From positions 73,904,001-73,968,000 of the forward strand of contig OX597827.1 of the NCBI GenBank assembly GCA_951406725.2: DNA of 64,000 bases. Reading direction: 5' to 3'. The notes under the pieces were generated by a model. That model saw only the letters and a program-made list of their open reading frames with translations, ran no database searches and was not told where the DNA came from. This DNA is from Octopus vulgaris (taxonomy: Eukaryota). A program made the position numbers and the translations under genes. Position 1 is the first letter of the stretch, and each line of letters opens with the position of its first letter. This document shows positions 1-14,098 of the stretch, piece after piece.

Positions 1-59
<59 letters not shown>

Positions 60-74
60 CTATATATATTTATA

Positions 75-99
<25 letters not shown>

Positions 100-105
<6 letters not shown>

Positions 106-716
106 TATATAAAATCCGTTCTCTCTGTGTTTGTGTGTCTTCTAGGATCTCGGGCATCCTCCATCCGAATGCTCTCAAATTTGATACGTAGATACCGATG
201 ATATCAGAACGTAAAAAAATTACTAAAATCGATTCCAGGTGACAATGCGATCAATAAAGCCGAGGGAAGGTGCATTCGTACGCGCAAGTACATCAGCTGT
301 TGCACGTACGCGAGAAAAATGCACGTACAGTTTACGCAAAAAAGCCGGCGGGCTTGAAATAATGCCACAAAATAAGGCGGCGAGCTGGCAGAAAAGTTGG
401 CAGGTCGGGCGAAACGCTTAGCGGTATTTCGTCTGCCGTTACGTTCTGAGTTCAAATACCGCCTAGGTCGACTTTGCCTTTTAACCTTTCGGGGTCAATT
501 AAATAAGTACGAATTACGCACTAGGGTCGATGTATCGACTTAATCCGTTTGTCTGTCCTGGTTTGTCCCCTTTGTGTTTGGCTCTCTTTGTGTAGTACAG
601 AAATTGAAATAATGCCACAAAATGGGACTATCGGACAAGTTGTTTTGAGAAAATTTGGTTTAAACGTTCGACAACTCAGCACCGTCCATTGGACGGGGGA
701 AGGGGCATTTTGCTCG

Positions 717-717
<1 letters not shown>
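100..717 (+). mobile_element. Non-autonomous Helitron-like element with a nested SINE
   Basis: 5' tatattatataaaa followed by ctgtgtttgtgtgtc; 3' hairpin ccgtcc-att-ggacgg (682-696) followed by a CTCGT end, which resembles Helitron termini. Confidence 0.45.
374..603 (+). mobile_element. SINE family A with a 20-bp target-site duplication
   Basis: Head aaggcggcgagctggcagaa, B-box-like gagttcaaat, central gtcgactttgcctt..tcggggtc; flanked by ttgaaataatgccacaaaat at 354-373 and 604-623. Confidence 0.85.
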
Positions 718-781
<64 letters not shown>

Positions 782-798
782 GTCTATCTATCTGTCTG

Positions 799-847
<49 letters not shown>

Positions 848-1096
848 TTATCTCTCTCTCTCTCTATATATATATACACATATATATATAAACAAACACA
901 CACACAGTTAGGTTTTATGCTTTTATGAACGTAGCAAAATACCGTATAAAGTCCGTCCACCAGATTCCACCTTCTACTTACTATTCAGCAGTAGTTTTAT
1001 AACAACTACTAGATTTACATTGGGGCATCTGGAGTGTGTGAATAGTTCATTGAATAAGTTGGAAAATGTTCTTCTACTTTTTCGTGTTGACTGAAA

Positions 1097-1227
<131 letters not shown>

Positions 1228-1434
1228 GGTGCATATCTCAGTGGTATTAGTGTCAGGCATTTAAATAATTTAAATTTTATATATTACATATTTTGTATAT
1301 TATATTAATTATTTTTATTTTTATGTTTTGGTTTATGTCTTTCACTGTTTGATTTGCCTAATAGTGGTTTTATCTCTAATTTAATTTATATATATATGTA
1401 TATATATGTATATATATGTATATACATATATATG

Positions 1435-1467
<33 letters not shown>

Positions 1468-1596
1468 GTACTTCTCCCGGATAAGTCACTTTTTTGTGCA
1501 TGCACGTATTATCTACGTTATACACATTAGAGTGAGTGTGTGTATGTGTGTGCGTGTGTGTATGCACATACACACACACGTAGTTATACAATCACA

Positions 1597-1633
<37 letters not shown>

Positions 1634-3727
1634 ATATGTATATGTATGTATGTATGTATATATGTTGCCGATTATATAGAATGTTTTTCTTATGACGATG
1701 GGAATATTTGTTGCAGAAATGAGGTTTCATTTATTTAATTTAATATATTTTAATTTTGGAAGTGGTCCTTAATGTTGCTGTTCGTTTTTAGATTATTAGT
1801 AAACGTATATAAGTTTTGGTGTGTGTATGTGTGTTTGTGTGTGTGTGTGTGAGTGTGTGTGTGTTTGTTTATATGTATGTGTGTGTGTGTGTGCTAAATG
1901 TTATAGCTTACAGAATGCAACAACATTTTGTAAACAATCTTTGAAAGCGTTGAATGTGTTTCTTATTTACAGACAAGAAGTTAATTTTCCACCGCAGTAT
2001 ATCCCTGAAAACAACAGAAAAAATTTGTATTTTCCCATTATAGAACAAAAGCACTATCTATATATTGAAATTTCTACTATATTAATATATAGGAAATTAT
2101 TTCATCTGCACACCTTCTCTCACAAATATATGTATTAGTATAGTTCAGTATGTATTAGTTACCTAAGCACACATTCTGAAAATGCTTTATAGAATTGTGC
2201 AATAAAATGTTTCATTGTTTATCAGAGAAATTGCTATTCCAACTTCACAGAGGTAGAGCAGAAAATTATTTATTCGTTCAACATATCAGCTACGTTAAAA
2301 GGTAGTAATGGAGTTGTCTGCAATGAAATTATATTTGCCCAACCTTCGATAATAGACTATTTGTTTCATGATGGTCTACTTAACACATATTGTATCACAT
2401 TCTCATAGAAAGATTTCTGTATTTAAACTATTATTGATGAGATGTTCCACATTAATGAGAGCCGTTCATAAAGTGAATAAAGGTGATTTCTCTTATTCAG
2501 ATTTCTATTTCTTCAACAACATTCATCAAACTTGAAGGACATCAAAATCAATGTAACTTGGATTACTCTAGTTTCAAACTTATAATTGTAAAAGTTTCTA
2601 CTTACCATGTCTGTCCATAGAACTACGAAAAACATTTTGTTAGTCTTCTTATTTTCTGTAGAATTTTTAATTAAAAAAATGACTCTATAGTATTCAATGC
2701 TAATAAACTGTAATTTTCCACTGAATTTCTTTATGAATTTTCAATGTTAGCAGTGGAACAAATATGTTGACCTGTTTTGTCTTGTCGAGGTCTGTAGCAG
2801 ACGATATTAAGATTGAGGAATACGCATGCGTCAAGCAATTCTATTTCTGACGTAAAGTTGTCATTGACAACGGTTCGCTTACTTTAAGCCTCTGTTTATG
2901 CAGTCGTTTACATCACGGGAAATATTAAGAAGTGAGAAGTTTTTAAGTTAATTCAAAAACATATATATTGCAAACAAGACGTTAAATTCCGAACGAGGGT
3001 AGTAGTCGTGAAAACAGCTGGAAAGTTGCTCATTTTACCCTTATAACACATAAAAATTCTTAGGAGGTTGTCACGGGAGTCGAACTCGTATCCCGTCAGT
3101 CACTAATCCAGGGGCGGCTACTCGTCCAGGTTTTTCACAACAGATATTTAACAGTTGTCGCCGATCATGCAGAATAGTTTCTTATGACCAGGGCGATATT
3201 CGTTGCAGAAACGAGGTTTCATTTATCGATTTTGATATATTTTACACTTTGAAGTGATCCTAAACTGTGCTCTTGGTTGTTAAAGCAAATGTATATATGT
3301 GTATATATATGCATGCATATATAAATAAATAAATAATACATACATACATATATATAGGTATGTATACACACACACATATATATATATGTATATATATATT
3401 GGAAGTTTTGGAGATGATGTACAGGTATTATATATTTATTTGTATATTACATATTATTATATGAATAATATTTTTCTGTATGAATAATATTTTGTCTAAT
3501 GACTAATTCGTCTTTTGTGCTGGGCCACTGGTAGTAATCTATATTATTACCCTTTGTTTATATTCACATATTACTTGATGGATTTATTCGTAAAATTTTT
3601 TTCCCGGCATGCCCTATATCACCGGGTGATTTTTGCGTCTGCGCAGAGATTTGAAAAGTTAAGATCTGCGAGTTGTTGAGATCAACACATGGTCTAACGC
3701 GCTGCGTGTCTCGATTTAACTTAGGGG

Positions 3728-3805
3728 TCTCGTTGATGAAACCAACCTTAGCATACATATTCTGTTTGTTTTGCTAGAAAGAGGTAGAAACTGATCAGTC
3801 CGAGA
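3728..3805 (+). ncRNA. Minimal type I hammerhead ribozyme candidate (UUGAUGA core)
   Basis: tctcg-TTGATGA-a-acc..tagca/tgcta..ggt-a-GAA-actgatcagt-C-cgaga: 5-bp stem I, palindromic stem III, GUC site. Confidence 0.65.
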
Positions 3806-3900
3806 TGTATGGTTAATGGTAAATGTTTTTGATTTTCACTCTTGATAAATTCATCCCTTTTTTTGTGCCCCTAGCACTTGGCATCCTTATTTAGGAGGCC

Positions 3901-3974
<74 letters not shown>

Positions 3975-3982
3975 TATAATAT

Positions 3983-4013
<31 letters not shown>

Positions 4014-4505
4014 TATATACATATATTAGAAGAAATGAGGTACTCAGAAGATCGGATGGTTTATATTTACAGATATTTATTTGTATATTACATTTTATAT
4101 ATATATATCATATCACTTAGATCATTAGCGCTTTCTCCCATTCTAGTGGGGTTTTCAAATCAAACTAAGTTCCTGTGTGAGGAGTTTTGACTATTTTATA
4201 GTGGTATTGAGTTTGTAGTGGTGGGGAGTAATATAAGACAGTACAAGAGGGTGATGGATGAGGAGAAAATGAGAGAGAAAACATGTGTGTATGTGTGTGT
4301 GCGTGTGTGTGTGTGTTTTTGTATCTGGGATGAGTGCTAGAGAGAAAGAGGGGAAGGGATAGGGAAGAAAAAGAAAATTTTTTTTTGGTGACGCTGTGAA
4401 GTGGTCAAAACTGAAATTCTTTTTTTTTTTTTTCCTAAGGCCTTAGAACCCCCTTGGAGTCAATATTCTGTCCAGCAGACCCCAAAAATTTTTTTCTTCT
4501 TCTTC

Positions 4506-4629
4506 CCTACTATAGCCTCGGCTCGAGGATCTAGTAGAATACACTTGCCCAAAGTGACACGCAGTAGGACTGAACCAGGAACCATGTGGTTGGTAAACAA
4601 GCTACTTACCACACAGCCACTCATGCGCC
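4506..4629 (-). mobile_element. SINE family B, 5' fragment
   Basis: Reverse complement of the family B head. Confidence 0.75.
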
Positions 4630-4815
4630 TATATATACTTTATATCTACTTTATTTAAAGCAGCAGAAAATTGAACAAAACCTGTTACTCTGAGTTTCAC
4701 AGTTTTTGCTAGGTTTTGTTGAATTTTCTGCTGCTTTAAATAAAGCATATTACTCTACCACTGGTATTTGAGTACTCTTTTTTCCACCTTGTTTCACATT
4801 TATGTGTTTACTCCA

Positions 4816-4887
<72 letters not shown>

Positions 4888-4929
4888 GAATAATACATAC
4901 ATATATATACGTATGTATACACATATAAA

Positions 4930-4970
<41 letters not shown>

Positions 4971-4998
4971 TTATACATATATACATACATACATACAT

Positions 4999-5040
<42 letters not shown>

Positions 5041-5196
5041 GGATGTGTGTGATTGTGTATAGAAGAATATATTAATAAAAGGAATTCCAACCTTGTCTGA
5101 TTTTCACGTTTTATTTACAATCTTTTAATGATATAATATAATATAATATAATATAAAATAAAATAAAATAATAGAATGTTAAATGTTCATTCTGAT

Positions 5197-5241
5197 TGAA
5201 CTAGTACTTTCATGCATTACATTCTGCAATCTTCAGGTTCA
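5197..5241 (-). ncRNA. Minimal type I hammerhead ribozyme candidate (canonical core)
   Basis: Minus strand tgaac-CTGAAGA-t-tgca-gaatgtaa-tgca-t-GAA-agtact-A-gttca. Confidence 0.75.
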
Positions 5242-5280
5242 TGAAGTAGTGGTAACAGTCATGCTTCACAATTTTTGACA

Positions 5281-5332
<52 letters not shown>

Positions 5333-5338
<6 letters not shown>

Positions 5339-6263
5339 ATATACTTACGTATAGGGTCAAAAGGTAGGTACGTAACCGCCATGTATATATGTAAAAGTTT
5401 AAAAAATACACAAACTGGGACAAGAACGTGAAACATTTAGAAAACGACAAAAAAACACAGACGGGTCTTTCGAAGCTCTCAGTCATCAGTCAAGAACCAG
5501 ATCATCTTCGCAATTTCGGCTGATTAATCTTGAGATTGCTCCGATCTGGGCAGCCACCAAGGGAAATCTAAGCCAATCGCATTAGATTCCTTGGAAGAAA
5601 GCCTCGAAAGTATACAAACAGTGACGGAAAACGGACGATGTTACTCGAAAAAAAACTTTCAAAAATACGTAAAAACAATAAAGATAGCACGAATAAGAAT
5701 ATAAAATACGTAAAAACAGTGATAACAAAACCAGGACGTCAGGACAAGCATCTTTCGACAGGACGAGTTAAATATAGGGCTGGCTATGGAAAAAGTGCCT
5801 GAAGGCAACGGACACAAACAAATACGTGTTGCCACACTGGCTACCTGATGCGAAAAGGCAGTAGTAGCTGGCTGGTCACGTGAGCACAAAAGAGAGGAGA
5901 AAGGGACAGATGAAGAGAGAAAGAAGGGGAACAAGGGAGGAGAAGCAAAGAGAGGGAAAGGGACAGGTCAAGTGGGGTGTAAGGTCTGAGAGGCAGAGAA
6001 ATGTGGGAGAGGGGGGACGGAGGAAGAGAGAAAGAAAGAAGGGGAACAAGGGAGGAGAAGAGAGAGAGGGAAAGAGACAGAACAAGGGGAGTGCAAAGGG
6101 TGAAGGCAGAGAAATGTAGGAGAGGGGGGAAAGAGACAGTGTAGTAGAGTCGTACCAATGTTAGAGAGTAATATACTTACTTATAGGGTCAAAAGGTAGG
6201 TACGTAGCCGCCATGTATATATGTAAAAGTTTAAAAAATACACAAACTGGGACAAGAACGTGA
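5333..6263 (-). repeat. Non-coding PLE-type repeat with ~100-bp direct terminal repeats
   Basis: 5333-5432 recurs at 6163-6263; the internal part is related to 16550-16730, 18350-18840, 20700-21180 and 40160-40400. Confidence 0.6.
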
Positions 6264-9138
6264 ATTAACTTGATGTACCTTAAAGGTGATGCCAACATCA
6301 TTTGGGCAATGCTGATGGAATATTTTCCACATCATGCAGATGATGAAGCGCTCACGGCGACGTTGGAGAGAATAAAGTTTTAGCTTTTCTAGTCGACCCC
6401 AATAGTCGAGGCCTGTCATGCCATCTATCTTTTTTGTGATTGACCTTTGAGGTGCTTCAACTTTTATGATACTTTGTTTTGTGTGGGGAGACCACAGTGG
6501 ACAACAGTATTCAAGGTGGGGTCGGGCAAAAGTGGAGAAGAGAAGGATAATGGTGTGGATATCTCTCGACTGGAAAGTTCTGAGAATTCAGGAACACATT
6601 CTGCGGGCCATGTCAACTTTGGTGTTTATATGAGTGGCCCAGCTTATGTTGTTGTCCACAATTACTCCCAAGTCTCTGATCTTGTTGGATGCCACGAGAG
6701 TTTCACCTGAAGGAAGGGAGTATGGGAGTTTCAGGGCATCCTCTTTCCTAAAGTAGATTAACTCGAATTTATCCTCGTTCAGCAGCATATTGTTTTTTTC
6801 TGCCCAATGGATAACAGCCAGTAGATCTGACTGAAGGCATGTCCGGTCAGTCGCCTCATTTATGACCTTCTGGAGCTTGGAATCATCTGCAAAGATTTTT
6901 ATGTTGCTGTGCTTGATGTCATTAATGTCATTAATGAAGATGATGAAAAGAAGTGGGCCCAGCACAGTGCATTGCGGAACGCCACTACTGACTTTGGCTG
7001 GGCTTGATTTTTCTCCTTCAACTACAACATGTTGAGATCTGTCTGTCAGGAAACACTTAATCCATTTCAGTAATTTTCCAGAGACACCAATGTTGGATAG
7101 TTTTTTCAATAGAATCTTGTGATCAACCCTGTCGAAGGCCTTGCTGAAATCAAGGTAGATGACATCGGTGTTGGAGCCCTCTCCCAAAGCTCTCAAAATG
7201 TCAAAGTGATGCAGGAGCTGCGTTAGGCAGTCCCTTCCATTACGGAACCCATGTTGGTTAGAGATGAACCGTCTGTTGCTTTCCAGAAATTGGGTTATTC
7301 GAGATCTCACCACCCTCTCAAATACCTTGATGATATGAGAGGTGAGTGAGATCGGACGGTAGTTCACTGCAAGGGACTTGTTTCCCTTTTTGAAAACTGG
7401 GACAACAGACTGGGACAGAAAGTTTTTAGGAATATAGCCAGCATCCAGTGAGTTTCTCCGCAGATTAGCAAGGGGAGATGCAAGTTGGTGTCGATACACC
7501 TTCAGGACACAAGCAGGGAACCTATCGGGGCCTACTGTTGAATTGTATTTTATTTCGTTTATCGCCGCTAAGACATCAGGGGCACCAAACGTTATGTCCG
7601 ATATAGTGTGTTGGGGGTTGACATCACTGATACAGCCCAGATCGGCCATATCAGGATTGCTGAAAACAGAGCAGTATTGTTTCTGCAGTATCTCACCCAT
7701 GGATTTGGCATTTTCTTAGAGAGTGCCATTTTCATCAATTAGAGGGCCAACAGTGGAGACAGTGACCCTGTGTTTCCTCGCAAATGAAGTGTTTTGCAGA
7801 TATGTTTGTGACGGTGTCTACAAAGATCTGCCAAGATGTTTTATTGTTGGTGGAGATATGTGTATGTGTAAAGGACCAGTAAACATGTGATAGATCGTTC
7901 CTGATTGCATCCCAGTTGGCATTATGGAGATCCATGTTATCAAATGGGTGGGCTGGAGAGAGGTCACTAGGATTAGCTTTCGGCTGGTGGAATTTCATGT
8001 TACAGAGAACCATGTCATGGTCTGAAAGAAGGGTTTTTTCTACTGTAATGTTATGTATAGTGTTAGTGTGGTTACTAAACACTAGGTCCAAAATGTTCTT
8101 CTGATATCTTGTTGGTGCAAGGACAAGTTGGGACAAAAAAAACTCATTCATAAAGTCGAAAAGTGACTCTACTGCTTCTTTGTCAGCAGTTGAGGCGGGA
8201 GTGCTTGGTTTCAAACAGTTTGTAGTCCAGTCAACACAGGGTAGATTGAAGTCTCCCATCATGAGAAGGATGCTAGAATGGCACTGTTGAATAAAGCACT
8301 TAATGCTGTTGAGGCATTCTTTAAAGCGCAGTATGGGTGTTTGGGGTGGCCTATAGAGCCCAACTACTGTCAGGTCATTGGCTTTGTTGTGCATGGTGAC
8401 TGATTCACAGTAGCCGTTGGAGAATATGCTATTTCCATCTGCCGTAAACGAATCATGCAGGAAAATGGCAGTTCCACCCTTCCTTCTGCTGACACGATCC
8501 GCACGGATGGTTGTGAAATTCTTCACTCTCACTTCGGCTTCCAAGTGGGAGTTGTCAAGGTGGGTCACAGTGAGAATGAAGAAAGGGGTGTGGCGTGGAT
8601 GGTTACCAACCCAGTCTTCAATGAATTGGACCTTCCATTTTTGTGCATTGATGGAAGGGCTGACACCTTGTGCATTGAGTAGAAATGTGGAGGTTAGTGT
8701 AGTGGCTGGTTTTGACTGTTGCAGGGGGCTTGGGTTTTTTTGTGTGTTAGTGACAGCAATGTGGGCAGTTGGTGCACTGGGGTAATAGCATAGGATGGTG
8801 TTGAGTGATGGCTAGAATGTTTCTGTGTATCTCTTTTGCCATGTTCAACATGGCTAAAAAAGAATTTTCCTGCTTAAGGAGCAGTTTTTGGCTGGAGGTG
8901 TGGTTGCACTGTTGGATAGGGTTGTAGTTTCCACTTTTGTTGTTGTTGTTTTTGTGTCTTCGTGAAAAGACTGGACCAGCATTACTGCAGCATGGTGTGT
9001 TTTTATTTTTATTTTTACTCTGGTTTGTGTGTTGGCTTGAAGCCCCGTTTCTGTTTTTGCGTCGGGTCCCTGGAAGATGAGTGAAGGGACAGTCACTCAG
9101 CAGACATATTCTCTCACGTTGGGAATACCGGCAGATTT
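6263..9138 (-). mobile_element. CR1-like LINE, degraded: ORF1 end with CCCH finger, APE endonuclease, reverse transcriptase
   Basis: RT ORF 6588-7700 (YRPISLTS, QHGFR, LDFSKAFD, GVPQ, FADD); endonuclease ORF 7735-8568 (GDFN, LDLV, SDH); ORF1 remnant CRYSQRERICLLSDCPFTH near 9080-9135. Confidence 0.92.
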
Positions 9139-9258
9139 TGTGCCATGCTTAAAGCATTGTTCCATTTGTTTGACTAAAATATTTTCAGGTGATATTGCAT
9201 CTGTAGTTCCATTATTTAGGCAGAATGCTATAGATATTACTGGAAGAATATATATATG

Positions 9259-9305
<47 letters not shown>

Positions 9306-9319
9306 CTTGTCCCTCTTCT

Positions 9320-9377
<58 letters not shown>

Positions 9378-9838
9378 CTTGTCCCTCTTCTGTTACTTCA
9401 TTCATTAGATCATGACCATGCTACAATATCACCTGAAAATATTTTAGTCAAACAAATGGAACAATGCTTTAAGCATGGCACATGTTTTATGAGAGACTTT
9501 TTACGTTATAAGAACGTAATCACAGCAGCATCGGTTATCGAGCAAAAAGAATACGTAAGTACACTCGCACATGCGGACGTTCTGTTCTTCTAGAAGACCT
9601 CATTAGACTAAGCGGAGCAGGGGCACACCCGAGCACGAAAAGTGTCGCTGAAGAAGTCACAGATGTGTGACGAATGATTTGCGGACAATGGACATGAGTA
9701 AAAATAACAATAGTAAAAAGGAAAATTTGGTGTGTGTGTTTGTTTGGCAAAGAAAACAACGTGACCGTTCGAGAAACAAGAACATCTGTTTCAATTCGCT
9801 GTTTTTTATTAGGAATCTTGCAACACAAATTCATAAAC

Positions 9839-9973
<135 letters not shown>

Positions 9974-9981
9974 CACTGGGG

Positions 9982-10018
<37 letters not shown>

Positions 10019-10022
<4 letters not shown>

Positions 10023-10494
10023 CTGGGGTAGACTAGAGAAGCTGAAATTGTATTCACTCCAACGACGCCGTGAACGCTACATTATCTGTATGATGTGGAA
10101 AAATATTCCATCAGAACTGTCCGAATGATGTTGGCATCACCTTCAAAATACATCCAAGGCTTGGACCACGTGCCATTCGTCCACAACAAAAATCTAAATC
10201 GCATCACATAACGACAATACGGCACAACTATTTCACCTCAATTAGACCCGCTCTCTTCAACATTACACCAGGGCACGTCAAAAAAGAAACTGACCACACA
10301 TAATTCAAGAAGTCTTTGGACAAATTCCTTCAAACAGTCCCGGACAAACCACCCACACCCGGATATGTCTCCGCAAACAATAACTCTCTGCTCGAATGGG
10401 CCTTGGTGCCCAAATCCTGAATTGAAAGACTTCGCCAGGTAGTGCTATTAAGTTAGACATGGCCTGGGCCAATACTGGCCAAAACCTTTCTAAG

Positions 10495-10495
<1 letters not shown>
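10019..10495 (+). mobile_element. CR1-like LINE 3' fragment, same family as 6263-9138
   Basis: YWGRLEKLKLYSLQRRRERYIICMMWKIFHQ...LDKFLQTVPDKPPTPGY...NSLLEW plus a short 3' UTR. Confidence 0.85.
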
Positions 10496-10537
<42 letters not shown>

Positions 10538-10545
10538 GTATATAC

Positions 10546-10627
<82 letters not shown>

Positions 10628-11434
10628 ATATGTATGTATATATAATGTTTTGTACTACAGTACGTACATAAGTACAGTCGTAAGTCGCGGGAAGTAGTGT
10701 AAAGTCATATTAGCAAATGACACACGTGTAATGGTGAAGAAATAACGCCCCCAAATTTTCCATTTCTCCCCTTTGGATATTGTTACTGTAGAGAAAATAT
10801 TTCCCAGTCTTTTCGTCTCGTCTCTGATTCATATCTCAAACAAATACAACAGCTAAATACGGATTTGGAAATAAGCGGATGCACTTGAAGAGGACACAGC
10901 AGGGATTTCAACTATCTCGATAATATATTTGTAAATAGGTGTGTGTTTGTGTGTATATACATACAAACATTCACACACACACGCACACGCATATACATAT
11001 ACACACACGTATACACACACACATACATACACACATATATACATACACATACATATGTATATGTATATAATGCGGAGTATTATCTTCTGCCGAATATTTA
11101 CATATGTGCATATGCGTATATTTGTGTGAGTAGGTATGTACGTATGTATGTATGTATGTATGTATGTAAGTGTGCGGGTGTGTGTGTGTGTTACTGCAAT
11201 ATTCCCACTTCACTCTTAAACTGCCATAAATACGGAGAGAGAGAGAGAGAGAGAGAGAACGAGAGAGAGAGAGGGAAAAGATTTTCTATTGTTTCTGAAA
11301 TTTACTCCATCACAAAATCCTGATAGAGTTTTACTAAAATCTTGTAGGTAATATCTTTTTAAGATAACAACAATATATAACATTTAATATTAAAGAAATG
11401 CTCAAATATAATTTTGCTTGAAAATATTCTTATA

Positions 11435-14098
11435 GTCTGATGGCTACGAAACCGCCCTTTCTAATTTATCCGATGAAGAATCGAATGCCGCAGTTCACAG
11501 TAGGGAACAGAACGACTATTTTGCCCACTCAAGATCAGCAACCATTTATGGTAAAGCTGAATCCACCGCTGATACAGGCATAAACCGCCTAAAAGATGAC
11601 ATAAATTTTGTTTCCGTTTTTAATTGGAGAATTGTTCTCTGTCAACGAAAATGTCAGTATCCATAAGGTCGCTCGCCTAGGAAGATTCCAAGTAAACCCA
11701 CGTTCAATAAGAGTAATCTTTTCTTCCGATCAGGAGGATTCAACCTTTCTGAACAGAGCTCAGAAGCATGCCTGGGAGGACCACAATATGGGTTTTCGCG
11801 AGGAATACTCATTCAGAGAGAGAATTCGTCGGAGAAACCTGATATCCGAGCTGAAGATGAGAAAACAGATGGGGGAGAAGGGTTTACGCATCCAAGATGG
11901 ACAAACAATCAAGTTCTACCTCTGGTCGCATGTTGTAGTGCTGACAAGGAAAGTGAATCGAGGGTGAATCGAAGTAAAGTAGATATCCCCGACAACAATG
12001 CTATCTCTGATACCCCTTATTCTGCATGTTCCCTAATTCCCGCCCCTCAAACTTCACAGCTCAGCATCGTCTATACCAACTCGTGCTCCTTATTTCCAAA
12101 CTTCAGCGAATTATTTACACTGGCTATGCGTGATTCCCCAGATGTGATAGCTATCACCGAGACTTGGTTGACTCCAGCAGTAAAGGACTCGGAAATCCAC
12201 CTACAGAGCTACGCCCTCTTCAGATGTGACATAGAAAAAAGGCGAAGTGGAGATGTTGCTGTGTATGTCAAATCTGATCTCAAACCGTCCAGCAGTTTTC
12301 TACCCACTAATGCTCAATATACAAAAAAATTCGATGCCGTCTATTGAAAGCTGAGCCTATCCCGGTTTTGCCTGCCCGTGTTAGCTGTCTAATGACCGAC
12401 TCTTGCCGACACCAGTACGATGCTCATTTACTCGAAGCGATAAGATTCGTTTCATCTTCTCATGAATGTTTGATATTAGGAGACTTCAACGCTCCCATAA
12501 TCGACTGGCCCGCATCCATTTGTACATCATCTTCCTAGTTCGTCCAGGCTCTTCTTGACGTGACTGAAGATTGTTTTCTATCGCAACATGTTCAATCACC
12601 GACTGGGAATCGGTCTGAGCAACAGTCATTGTATTCTCCCGCTATCCAAGATAAGTGTCAGGCTTATCTGTATGCGCCCTCTTGCCAAGAGTGATCACAC
12701 GGTCCTGAAGTTCGACATGCACACAATTTTTTCTACGCCCACGACTAGTTTGCTGTCACGTAGAGTCTTCTCTGCAATCAATCTTGAAATTCTAACCGAG
12801 GCTTCTACGCTTCTGGACGTGCGATCCCTGATGACGATGTCCTCAGTTGACGAACTATGGTCGTCCCTCAAAGCATATGTAATCTGGTTGACTGACCTAG
12901 CAGTTCCCGTTGGGCTTCCCAAGAAGAAGAAACATAAGCCCTGGGTGACAAAGAAGGTTAAACGAGAACTTCGACTCAGAGATTTTGCTTGGGCTGAATT
13001 AAAAAATCAAAATTCGTCTGCACCTTTTGAGGTGTACAAAACTCAACGAGACTGAGCCGGGAAAATTGAAAAGAAAGAACGCTTCAGATATGAACGCAGA
13101 ATCGCGGAAAACGCCAGTCGCAATCCAAAAACCTTCTTTGCCCATGTCCAAGGGAATTGCGGCTTGAACAACCAAATTGCAACGTTGGTAGACTCAACAG
13201 GCGTATCGGTTGAGGACCCTTATCAGCAGAGTCAGTTATTTGCCAAGGCTTTTTCGATAATTTTCAAACAAGATGATTGTCGTGAACCTCCTCCATTTGA
13301 TAGATCGGTACCTCCAATGCCTAGATTGTTCATCACTCGTGACGAACACGAATGCGTTATTCACGGCCTCGATGTCAACAAGGGTCACAGCCCTGACGGC
13401 ATACACCCAGAGGTTATCAAAGCTTTGGCTCCGGTCATCTGAGAACCTTTAATACTTCTATTCAATATGTCATTGGCGACGGATGTTGTACCTGCGGACT
13501 GGAGAACAGCGATAATCTGCCCGATTTACAAGAAAGGGAGCCGCGAAGACCCGCTTAAATACCGACCGGTTTCCCTTACTTCAATAATCAGCAAGATGTT
13601 CGAAACCATCCTCAAGAAATGTATGTTGCTCCACCTCCAAATCACAGCCTCTATCTCTGATTCTCAGCACGGCTTCGTGCCGAAGAGATCATGTTTGACC
13701 AACTTACTGGTAATGGAAGAATTGGTGACGCGTATCCTGGATGATGGTGATGCTGTTGACATCATTTCATTGGACCATGCCAAAGCTTTTGACTCGCTTA
13801 ACCACCTTCTATTACTTGTCAAGCTTCAAGCATATCGTTTCCATCCGGATATAGTACGATGGTTGGTGCCTTCCTCTCAGATCGCTCTTTCCAAGTCCAT
13901 GTTAATGGTTCGCTGTCAGACGCCTCCAGTTGCGAGCAGTGTTGTGCCTCAAATTTCAATGCTTGGGCCGTTATTGTTTTGAGTCTTCATCAATGTCTTG
14001 CCCGACGACCTCACGCAGCACACCCTTCTATTTGCCGACGATGTCAAACTGCTCGCTCCTCGCAGTGATATAGATGATCTTCGTCGATGCCTCTACCA
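11435..14098 (+). mobile_element. Second CR1-like LINE family, degraded and 3'-truncated
   Basis: ORF1-like 11608-11967; endonuclease motifs (YTN, DVIAITETWL, GDFN, SDH); RT motifs (YRPVSLTS, QHGF, KAFD, LFADD near 14030) with stops and frameshifts. Confidence 0.9.

Noticed and set aside
2606-2655. Possible minus-strand exon ending ATG|GTAAGT
   Set aside because: Isolated, weak acceptor tract and no partner exons found.
3062-3130. tRNA-like sequence on the minus strand (gagttcgactcccg)
   Set aside because: No convincing cloverleaf; more likely a decayed SINE head.
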